A stretch of 64,000 nucleotides of DNA from Pseudomonadota bacterium (GTDB lineage: Bacteria; Pseudomonadota; Alphaproteobacteria; Caulobacterales; Parvularculaceae). A program made the translations under genes and the position numbers. Shown here piece by piece: positions 39,812-47,400 of the stretch; position 1 is the first letter of the stretch; each line of letters opens with the position of its first letter. Under the pieces are notes generated by a model. That model did not search any database. It was not told where the DNA came from and worked only from the letters and a program-made list of their open reading frames with translations. The DNA lies in the NCBI GenBank assembly GCA_038531745.1, contig JBCBBJ010000013.1:27496-91495 (forward strand). Reading direction: 5' to 3'.

Positions 39812-41047
39812 ATGGCGACCCGCAAAACCACCAAGAAAAAAGCCCCCGCCAAGAAGGCAGCCGCGGCCCCCAAGAAGGCGGCGGCAAAAAAGACGGTTGC
39901 AAAAAAGACGGTTGCCAAAAAAGCACCCGCGAAAAAAGCGGCCACAAAAAAAGTTACGGCCAAGAAACCAGCGCAAAAAGCAGCCGTCAAAAAAACGCCC
40001 GCTAAGAAAGCGCCTGCAAAAAAAACAAGCGTGAAAAAAGTCGTGGCAAAACCGGTTTCAAAAGCGGCTGACACAAAAAAGACAACGAGTGCATCTAATG
40101 CCGCCTCAACAAAAGCAGCGACAAAAAAAGTGGCTGCAAAAACAACCATGAAACAAACATCGACAAAAAAGACCGCGACGAAAAAAGTTGCGGCCAAAAA
40201 AGCCGCCGCCAAAACAACCAGTAAAAAAGCGAGTACAAAAAAAGCCGTGAACGCAACCGCCACCCCGGACCCCGTCTCAACCGACACTGTAGCGCCCGAC
40301 GATAGCGCCAGCACAGCCAGCAAACCCGCGAAGAAAACAACGACCAAAGCAGCAAAAAAGACAACGCGCAAGAAAGCCGTAAAAGAACCTGCGCCGAAGC
40401 CGGTGGTGGTTGGTAAGGTTGGTCAGGCCCCGCGGCGCACCGCTAATGAAGTTGCAGCCTCAAACCCCTTCCCCGTTCCGCCAAAATTGCATGAGGTGCA
40501 AGAAGAACAAAACGATACGCCTTCACCGGAATCGAAAGCGGCAAAAAAAGACTTTAAGGTCAATGACAAGATTGTTTATCCGGCCCATGGGGTCGGCATT
40601 ATTGAGGCTATCGAGCGCCAAGATATTGTGGGCATCACAATTGAAGTATTTGTTATCCGCTTTGACCACGAGAAATTAACGCTCCGTGTCCCCACGGAAA
40701 AAGCAAAAGCCGTCGGTATGCGGGGGCTATCTGACGTGCCATTTGTTGATAAGACGATCGAAGTTTTACAAGGTCGTGCACGGATTAAACGCACCATGTG
40801 GTCGCGCCGGGCCCAGGAATACGAAGCCAAAATCAATTCGGGCAATCTACAATCAGTTGCCGAGGTGGTACGCGATCTCTACCGCGCGCCCGAGCAGCCT
40901 GAACAAAGCTATTCCGAACGCCAATTGTTTGAAGCTGCCCTCGACCGCATGGCCCGCGAAGTGGCGGCAGTAAAGAAAATCAATCTGGAAGCCGCCATTG
41001 GTGAGCTAGAGGCGTCCCTCCACAAAAAGCAGATCGCAGCGGCGTAA
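39812..41047 (+). CDS. CarD/CdnL-family RNA-polymerase-binding regulator fused to an N-terminal ~195-aa histone-H1-like Lys/Ala/Thr/Pro-rich domain
   Basis: AAGGAG (39800-39805) lies 6 nt upstream of ATG 39812. aa 1-195 are K/A-rich ('KKAAAKKTVAKKTVAKKAPAKKAATKK'). From about aa 248: 'FKVNDKIVYPAHGVGIIEAIERQDIVG...FVIRF', the CarD_CdnL_TRCF N-domain, followed by a helical C-domain. Confidence 0.85.
   Translation: MATRKTTKKKAPAKKAAAAPKKAAAKKTVAKKTVAKKAPAKKAATKKVTAKKPAQKAAVKKTPAKKAPAKKTSVKKVVAKPVSKAADTKKTTSASNAASTKAATKKVAAKTTMKQTSTKKTATKKVAAKKAAAKTTSKKASTKKAVNATATPDPVSTDTVAPDDSASTASKPAKKTTTKAAKKTTRKKAVKEPAPKPVVVGKVGQAPRRTANEVAASNPFPVPPKLHEVQEEQNDTPSPESKAAKKDFKVNDKIVYPAHGVGIIEAIERQDIVGITIEVFVIRFDHEKLTLRVPTEKAKAVGMRGLSDVPFVDKTIEVLQGRARIKRTMWSRRAQEYEAKINSGNLQSVAEVVRDLYRAPEQPEQSYSERQLFEAALDRMAREVAAVKKINLEAAIGELEASLHKKQIAAA
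39886..39915 (+). repeat. Perfect 15-bp tandem duplication (AAAAAAGACGGTTGC x2) encoding KKTVA-KKTVA within the K/A-rich domain
   Basis: Units at 39886-39900 and 39901-39915 are identical on direct reading. Confidence 0.9.
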
Positions 41048-41430
41048 GCGCCTGATTTTTCTGCTCTTAAGTGTTCCAACGCGAAGACCAGGGGCAGTCT
41101 TTAATCAGGCAGGATGGGTGGGCACACCCCCTGGGTCAGTACTCCAGTTACCCATAAATGGAATATGTCGCCCCCCAGTCCCGCCTCCTCGTAGCTTGAC
41201 CACGGGGCCCATGACGTCGTCACCAGGGCGATCTATCAATCGTCTTTCGTCGGCGTCGTGCCATGGCCCCCGCAAACCCGTCGCAAGGCGGCGTCTTTGG
41301 GCCGATAAGAAATTCTAAGGTTGAACTCGAGTATGTATCGACAAGTTTTGAGCGCGCTGAAACTTGTCATGGGTCAGTGCTTCGAATGTTCGGCCGTAGG
41401 GCCGTGATCACTACACCGAATAGGGGCGCG

Positions 41431-42024
41431 TTAAATTTCCTGGCCTTCAAAGTCTTCACGGAGTTTGCGGGCCACGGCGCGCATTTCTTCATCAAACGGG
41501 TTCCAGGCAAGCGCTTCCTGCAACATTTTGTATGCTTCGCGCTTTTCGCCCGACGACAGCAATAGCTGCGCCACCGCTTTGCGGACCTCAAACTGACGCG
41601 GCTCCAGATCAAGCGCCCGGGAAAAATCCGTAAGCGCCGCAGCATAATTCTCGCGGCGCAATTTGAGAAACCCCGCCAACGCATAGCCTTGCATAAAATT
41701 GGGGCTCAAACCGCGAATATGGATGAGCAGCCGTCCGGCGGTATCAAGATCACCCTCATGATATTTGCCCAGCGCGCGGGCATAAAGGAGATCAATCGTA
41801 TCACTTTGGGAATCCGCCCAGATTTCCAGGATACGATCAGCGTTGGCCTGGGCATTGACGGCGCCGCCGGTGCGTAATTCTTCGAAGAGGGTATCGAGCG
41901 TTGGGTCGGTCTGATCGGCCCGTGCTGGCATACCAACGGTTACGGTCACCACAAAGGCAAGCGCGCAAGCGACCGATAGCCGGCTCCAGAGCATTATTAG
42001 TCCATGCATGTGCCAGTGATGCAT
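41431..42024 (-). CDS. Secreted TPR-repeat protein
   Basis: AAGGGAG SD upstream of ATG 42024. Signal-like 'LIMLWSRLSVACALAFVVTVTVGMPARA'. TPR-like 'AGRLLIHIRGLSPNFMQGYALAGFLKLRRENYAAALTDFSRALDLEP'. Confidence 0.7.
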   Translation of the reverse strand: MHHWHMHGLIMLWSRLSVACALAFVVTVTVGMPARADQTDPTLDTLFEELRTGGAVNAQANADRILEIWADSQSDTIDLLYARALGKYHEGDLDTAGRLLIHIRGLSPNFMQGYALAGFLKLRRENYAAALTDFSRALDLEPRQFEVRKAVAQLLLSSGEKREAYKMLQEALAWNPFDEEMRAVARKLREDFEGQEI

Positions 42025-42183
42025 ATGGGCTCCCTTGTTCGACCCCAAAGTTTAGCCTGAAACCTGTTAACGACCAACCATCTCGGCAAGATACGCACAA
42101 AATCGTGCATCTGTTGGCCTAAATTCGGTGCAGAGTCGGGCACGAAGCATGGCTGGACGCGGATCCGTTAGGGCTTTGGCCAC

Positions 42184-42210
42184 AAAAAAACGCCCACTAA
42201 GGGCGTTTTC
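42184..42210 (-). terminator. Rho-independent terminator downstream of rpmJ
   Basis: Minus-strand AAAACGCCC-TTAGT-GGGCGTTTT followed by a T run. Stems at 42187-42195 and 42201-42209. Confidence 0.8.
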
Positions 42211-42250
42211 AAGTCGTTGTCAGGGCCGGATGAGGCCGCGGCCCGGTATT

Positions 42251-42376
42251 TTACCCCTGGCGCGCTTTGAACCGCCGCTGGGTCTTATTAATCACATAGA
42301 CTTTGCCCCGGCGGCGAACCACGCGGCAATCTTTATGCCTATTTTTCAAGGACTTAAGGGAACTGCGGACTTTCAT
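42251..42376 (-). CDS. rpmJ: 50S ribosomal protein L36 (41 aa; absent from the ORF track because of its length)
   Basis: Hand translation of the minus strand gives [41 protein letters not shown], then TAA. Confidence 0.9.
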   Translation of the reverse strand: MKVRSSLKSLKNRHKDCRVVRRRGKVYVINKTQRRFKARQG

Positions 42377-42459
42377 CGGGCCACCTGTCTTAAATTTGAA
42401 GCGTGGGAATAGGAGTTTCCCGCAATTGTGTCAATGAAAAGCTCGATATTCGGACGGGT

Positions 42460-42738
42460 CTATTCCTTTTCCCCGAAGCGGTCTTCCACCAAACGTAAAA
42501 GAGCATCGACCGCTTCGCTGGCTTGCGACCCGCTTGCGCTTATCGTGATCGGCTCCCCCACCCCGGCGCCAAGGGTCAAGAGGCCCATGATCGAGCAGCC
42601 GCCAACCGTAAAGCCGTCTTTAGAGACGTGCACGCGGGCCTCCCACGCGGAGGCAACAGCACAAAATTTTGCCGAAGCCCGGGCATGTAACCCGCGCCGA
42701 TTGCACAAGATGACGTCGGTTTCTATCTTTTCCGGCAT
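42460..42738 (-). CDS. ptsH: HPr-family phosphocarrier protein (NPr/PtsH-like)
   Basis: 'ILCNRRGLHARASAKF' (active-site His) and 'GGCSIMGLLTLGAG' (regulatory Ser region). ATG at 42738 gives 92 aa; the alternative start is 42813. Confidence 0.85.
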   Translation of the reverse strand: MPEKIETDVILCNRRGLHARASAKFCAVASAWEARVHVSKDGFTVGGCSIMGLLTLGAGVGEPITISASGSQASEAVDALLRLVEDRFGEKE

Positions 42739-42799
42739 CGTTTCCTTTGTGGGCACCGGGCCTTGCAACGGCGTGTCGGCGGGCCCTGAAGGTTTATCG

Positions 42800-43210
42800 T
42801 CAGCCCTCGACATTACCAGACAAGACCCAGCTGGCCACGTTGATATATTTCTTGCCAGCTTCGTGTGCGGCTTTCACAGATGCCTCAAGGTCCTTTTCCG
42901 TGCGGATAGAGGCCAATTTGATCAGCATGGGAAGGTTAATCCCGGCAATTACCTCTGCACCCGCTTTTTCCATCACCGATATGGCAAGATTGGACGGGGT
43001 GCCACCAAACATGTCAGTCAGGATGATGACGCCGCTTTCATCATTCACCGCCTGGGCAGCGTTTAGGATATCTTCGCGGCGCTGTTCCATGTCGTCATCG
43101 GCGCCGATGCAGACAGCTTTTAGCTGTTCCTGGGGCCCAACCACATGTTCCATGGCCGAGACAAATTCATCGGCAAGGCGGCCATGGGTGACCACGACGA
43201 TTCCAATCAT
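42800..43210 (-). CDS. manX: PTS EIIA component, mannose family
   Basis: 'MIGIVVVTHGRLADEF' with the active-site His. About 136 aa, in the conserved position between hprK and the HPr gene. Confidence 0.85.
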   Translation of the reverse strand: MIGIVVVTHGRLADEFVSAMEHVVGPQEQLKAVCIGADDDMEQRREDILNAAQAVNDESGVIILTDMFGGTPSNLAISVMEKAGAEVIAGINLPMLIKLASIRTEKDLEASVKAAHEAGKKYINVASWVLSGNVEG

Positions 43211-43266
43211 GCCCTATCTCGCATATGACCACGCCGTTGGCGCGCTTATCCCTGCATAAGAGCGCG

Positions 43267-43749
43267 TCATAGAGGGATTTGTCCAGCCAAAATTGTCCGC
43301 GCAATAACGCGCACCCGCGCCGGGTGAGACGCTGCGTCCTCGCACCAAAATGGGACTTGGGGCAAAGACCATGGCGTCGGTGCCAGCCCCTTCATTTGTG
43401 GCGTGTAAAGCCGTGGGGGCCTTTCTGTTTGCAGGGCAAGAACGAAACCCAAAGCAATTGCGGGTTTCGTCCGCACAGGCACCGGGCCAAACCCACGCAC
43501 CTCAATCTGCCCGGCCATCGGCCCGAACCCGCGTGCCCAAGGCGCCTGGCTTTGTGCAAAGATCTCCACCACATCGTCACCGACCAAACTGGTGCGCCGC
43601 CACGGGCACTGCTCAATCAGATTGAGGGTAAGCACTGATTTGCCAAGCCCGCTTGCACCGGTAATCAGCACCCCAACTAAGGGGCCATCCCGGTCGAGGG
43701 CAAGCCCCACCGCCGTGGCGTGGAGGGTCACTGGTGCACCGTCTGTCAT
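43267..43749 (-). CDS. hprK: HPr kinase/phosphorylase, alphaproteobacterial short form (C-terminal domain only)
   Basis: P-loop 'GVLITGASGLGKS' and 'GDDVVEI'. 160 aa. The ATG overlaps the chvG stop (ATGA at 43746-43749). Confidence 0.85.
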   Translation of the reverse strand: MTDGAPVTLHATAVGLALDRDGPLVGVLITGASGLGKSVLTLNLIEQCPWRRTSLVGDDVVEIFAQSQAPWARGFGPMAGQIEVRGFGPVPVRTKPAIALGFVLALQTERPPRLYTPQMKGLAPTPWSLPQVPFWCEDAASHPARVRVIARTILAGQIPL

Positions 43750-45584
43750 CCGGCAAGCGGCAATTCAACAATAAACCGCGCACCAATGATTTTTAGCTCG
43801 GCACCCCGGTCATCAACGCCATCCACGATTTCGGTCGTGCGATTCTCCGCCCAGATACGCCCACCATGGGCATTGACAATTTGGCGGGAGATGGCAAGGC
43901 CCAACCCAGAATTATTGCCAAAAACGGTGCCTGCCGGGCGCTTAGTGTAAAAACGATTGAAAATTGATTCCAGTGTGTCGGGGGGCACGCCGGGGCCATC
44001 ATCATCAACGATGACCCGCAGCAGTTTCATGTCGCGGTGCCCGGCAAGGTCAACACGAACAGACCCATCAGACGGGGAAAATGACCGCGCATTATCAATC
44101 AGATTACGGAAGACCTGACCAAGGGCCGATGGATTGCCAAGCACATAGGCATTTTGCAACGGCCCCGTCAGAGGCCCATAGCTAACACCTGCGATGTTTT
44201 CTTTCTCCGTGACCCGGTAAAGCCCCGTGATATCGTTCAGCAGGCGGTCAAGATCAACAATTTCGCGAGCCTCACGCGCCAACTCCGCATCAAGACGCGA
44301 GGCGTTGGAGATATCCGTGATCAGGCGATCCATCCGGGCCACGTCTTTCTTGATCACACCAAGCAACTTGTCTCGCGCCTCCGGCTTGGTGGCGATATCG
44401 AGGGTTTCCACTGCGCTACGGATGGAGGTGAGCGGGTTTTTGAGTTCGTGGGAAACATCCGCCGCGAAACTTTCGATTGCTTCCATGCGCGCATAAATCG
44501 TTTGGGTCATGGCCTTTAGCGATTTGGAAAGCTCACCAATTTCGTCGCTGCGGTTTGTGAAGACCGGTATCCGCGCCCGGCCAGCGGCCGAAATGCCCTC
44601 GCGGACTTTATCGGCGGCGGTGGCCAGTTGGCGAATCGGCTGGGCAATGGTGGCCGTAAGCATCAGCGCCGCAAGCACCGTTGCCGCGCACGCCATGCCG
44701 AAAAGCGGCAAGATCGCTAACCGGGCGTTCAAGACAAGTGCGTCAATGCCGCCAATTTCCGCCGTCACGATTCCATAGATCGCCTGAACCTTGCGGATGG
44801 GCACAGACACCGACGCCACCAGTTCCCCATTTTCATCGAGCCGAACCCGCGCCGCGCCCCGTTCATCATCAAAGGGGGAGGCGCGCAAGGCGGCGTTCAA
44901 CTCATCCTCGATGGAAATCCGCGCCGCCTGACGCCGATAGCTGTTGGAAAATAAAGACTGCAAGAAACGCTCTCGCCAGGACAGATTAGTGATCAGCTCG
45001 CTTTCAGCTGGCATTCGATCAATGGTAGGCAGTTCCACCTCAAGAATGCGATCCTCGCGCAGAACAACATCCTCCAACAATAGCGTGCCGGCGTTCTGTA
45101 CCGGCGGGTCAAGGCGATTATCTGGCGCATTAAAGATCCGCACACGCCCCTCAAAGCTATCCCAGACCCGGTTGAAAACCTCGCGCACATCACGCGGCAC
45201 CAACGACAAGCGGCAGGGCTCATTATTGGTGAGAAATTCAGCGGTACCACCAAGGGCAGGCAGGTCAGCCGGTGCTTTGGTGTCGATGGCATCAAATTCA
45301 TCAACCTGGCAGAGCGTTTCGTCAATCGCCACCTGCGCCATGATGTCGGCAATAATCTGCGCCTGGGCGCGCACGCCCTCAAGCTTACTCTCAACCAGGC
45401 CATCCCGGTACTGATTAAGAGACAGAGCGCCAAAAAATAATAAGATAAGACTTATGAGATTGGTCAGCACGATGGTCAGCGTCAACCGCGATATGGCAAA
45501 CCGCGCACGCGCACGCTTTACCGGAATAATCGACCGATCCTTGCCGGCAGCTTTGTTATCGGGCACGTCCGCTGTGTCGCTCAT
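43746..45584 (-). CDS. chvG: ChvG/ExoS/BvrS-type sensor histidine kinase
   Basis: N-terminal TM plus periplasmic sensing domain ('LNQYRDGLVESKLEGVRAQAQIIA'), HAMP, H-box 'FAADVSHELKNPLTSI', 'GLGLAISRQIV'. Adjacent to chvI. Confidence 0.85.
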   Translation of the reverse strand: MSDTADVPDNKAAGKDRSIIPVKRARARFAISRLTLTIVLTNLISLILLFFGALSLNQYRDGLVESKLEGVRAQAQIIADIMAQVAIDETLCQVDEFDAIDTKAPADLPALGGTAEFLTNNEPCRLSLVPRDVREVFNRVWDSFEGRVRIFNAPDNRLDPPVQNAGTLLLEDVVLREDRILEVELPTIDRMPAESELITNLSWRERFLQSLFSNSYRRQAARISIEDELNAALRASPFDDERGAARVRLDENGELVASVSVPIRKVQAIYGIVTAEIGGIDALVLNARLAILPLFGMACAATVLAALMLTATIAQPIRQLATAADKVREGISAAGRARIPVFTNRSDEIGELSKSLKAMTQTIYARMEAIESFAADVSHELKNPLTSIRSAVETLDIATKPEARDKLLGVIKKDVARMDRLITDISNASRLDAELAREAREIVDLDRLLNDITGLYRVTEKENIAGVSYGPLTGPLQNAYVLGNPSALGQVFRNLIDNARSFSPSDGSVRVDLAGHRDMKLLRVIVDDDGPGVPPDTLESIFNRFYTKRPAGTVFGNNSGLGLAISRQIVNAHGGRIWAENRTTEIVDGVDDRGAELKIIGARFIVELPLAG

Positions 45585-45622
45585 GCTGGCCCCTGCTCAT
45601 GGCAAACCGCTCCGTCGCGCGA

Positions 45623-46315
45623 TCAGTCTTTATATTTGTAACCAACACCATACAGCGTCTCAATCGCATCAAACTCGGTATCTACGACCCGAAACTTCTT
45701 CCGTATGCGTTTGATGTGGCTGTCGATGGTGCGGTCGTCCACATAAATCTGGTCATCATAGGCCGCATCCATGAGCGAATCGCGCGTTTTCACAAAACCC
45801 GGCCGTTGGGCCAGGGCCTCGAGGATCAAAAACTCCGTGACCGTCAGGGTAACCGGTTGTTCTTTCCAGTTGCAGGCATGACGCATGGGGTCGAGCGTCA
45901 GATCGCCCCGACGCATGATTTTTTTCTCTTCTTCCGGTGTTGGCGTATCCGATGCCTGGGCCCGGCGCAAAACCGACTTTACCCGTTCTAGGAGCAGCCG
46001 CTGGGAAAACGGCTTTTTCACATAATCGTCGGCCCCCATGGTAAGGCCGAGGACCTCATCAATCTCCTCATCCTTGGAGGTGAGAAAGATAAGAGGAAGG
46101 CTTGAATTCTGGCGTACCCGGCGCAATAGCTCCATGCCATCCATGGTGGGCATCTTGATGTCAGAGACGATCAGGTCCGGCGGGGTATCGGTCACATGTT
46201 TGAGTGCGGCAGCGCCATCCTCAAAGGTATCAACCTTGTGGCCCTCTGCCTCCAAAGCCATCGAGACCGAGGTCAGGATATTCTCATCATCATCGACCAG
46301 TGTAATTACGGCCAT
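45623..46315 (-). CDS. chvI: ChvI-type OmpR-family response regulator
   Basis: '[28 protein letters not shown]' at ATG 46315, with a GGAGG SD. The winged-helix C-terminus ends '[10 protein letters not shown]'. Confidence 0.88.
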   Translation of the reverse strand: MAVITLVDDDENILTSVSMALEAEGHKVDTFEDGAAALKHVTDTPPDLIVSDIKMPTMDGMELLRRVRQNSSLPLIFLTSKDEEIDEVLGLTMGADDYVKKPFSQRLLLERVKSVLRRAQASDTPTPEEEKKIMRRGDLTLDPMRHACNWKEQPVTLTVTEFLILEALAQRPGFVKTRDSLMDAAYDDQIYVDDRTIDSHIKRIRKKFRVVDTEFDAIETLYGVGYKYKD

Positions 46316-46548
46316 GGTTTCGGTTCCTCCCAGCGCGCATCCCGCGCGCCATTGTGTCAGAATTATGGTGGCATAGACTATCGCGAAGTCCGCCAAGCGT
46401 GACAAGCCCACCCCACCCGCTGGGCCGCGTTAGGGCCCTGAAACGACATCTTTGTGGCGGTGTTGGATTTGCGAGAAGCGCCCTGATGCCATTGCTCGTT
46501 TGTTTGCCGGCCCAAACACGGTGCCGTGGCCACCATCGACTATTGTTA

Positions 46549-47400
46549 TTAGGCAAGCGCTGCGCAGTAGGCCTCCAGGATATCGCCGATGATCCCCGCC
46601 CCGGTCGCCGCATGCGCGAGAACATCTTCCAACGTGTCCGGCTGTTGATCCGCGCCTCCGGTGGCAGCGTTTGTGACCACGGATAGTCCGCCAACGGAAA
46701 GGCCGGCATGGTTGGCGGCGATCACTTCCATGACCGTTGACATGCCCACAAGGTCGCTGCCCAGCGTGCGCAGCATGCGGCGCTCGGCAGACGTTTCGAG
46801 AGACGGACCCGTGACCCCGGCATAGATGCCCTCTTCAAGGGTTTGGCCCGCACGGGATGCGGCCTGTCCCAAAGCGTCGAGCAGGGCGGGATCATAGGCC
46901 CGTGACATATCGGGGAAACGCACACCGATTGTTGGGGCATCGACGCCGATAAGCGGATTCTGGCCCGTTAAATTAAGGTGATCATGGATCAAGACCACAT
47001 CGCCCGGCTGGAAGTCCGGGTTTAACCCGCCCGCAGCGTTCGTGATGATGAGTGTTTTCACCCCCAAGGCCGCCATCAAATAGACCGGCATGGCAACATC
47101 CAGCGCGCCATAGCCCTCATAGAGATGGACCCGCCCCTTGAGGGCCAAAACCGGCTGACCAAAAAGGTCCCCGCGGATCAGTTCCCCCGCGTGGCTTGGT
47201 GCGGTACTGGCGCAAAGGCCTTCGATGTCTCGCGTATTTTGAACAGCGTGGGGCGTTATTTCGCGGGCGATGGCATCCAGTCCACTGCCCAAAATGAGCC
47301 CGGTGGTCGCGCCAATGAAATCATCACTGACACTGCCCCGCGCCCGATCAATCCGCGCGGCCAAGGGCTCTCCACTGGTGTTGCCTCGCCCGTCGCTCAT
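46549..47400 (-). CDS. Trimeric (PunA/XapA-type) purine-nucleoside phosphorylase family protein
   Basis: 'LKGRVHLYEGY', 'LIITNAAGGLNP', 'GVTGPSLETSAE', 'VGMSTVMEV'. Confidence 0.85.
   Translation of the reverse strand: MSDGRGNTSGEPLAARIDRARGSVSDDFIGATTGLILGSGLDAIAREITPHAVQNTRDIEGLCASTAPSHAGELIRGDLFGQPVLALKGRVHLYEGYGALDVAMPVYLMAALGVKTLIITNAAGGLNPDFQPGDVVLIHDHLNLTGQNPLIGVDAPTIGVRFPDMSRAYDPALLDALGQAASRAGQTLEEGIYAGVTGPSLETSAERRMLRTLGSDLVGMSTVMEVIAANHAGLSVGGLSVVTNAATGGADQQPDTLEDVLAHAATGAGIIGDILEAYCAALA

Noticed and set aside
39679-40371. 230-aa minus-strand ORF (and the 39638..39976 and 40095..40364 ORFs)
   Set aside because: These are antisense artefacts of the AAR/GCN-rich K/A repeat region. 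They read as poly-Phe/Ala/Leu with no SD, whereas the sense frame has a strong SD and continues into a CarD domain.
42128-43066. 94-aa and 212-aa plus-strand ORFs
   Set aside because: They are antisense to rpmJ, the HPr gene and the EIIA gene, all of which have diagnostic sequences.
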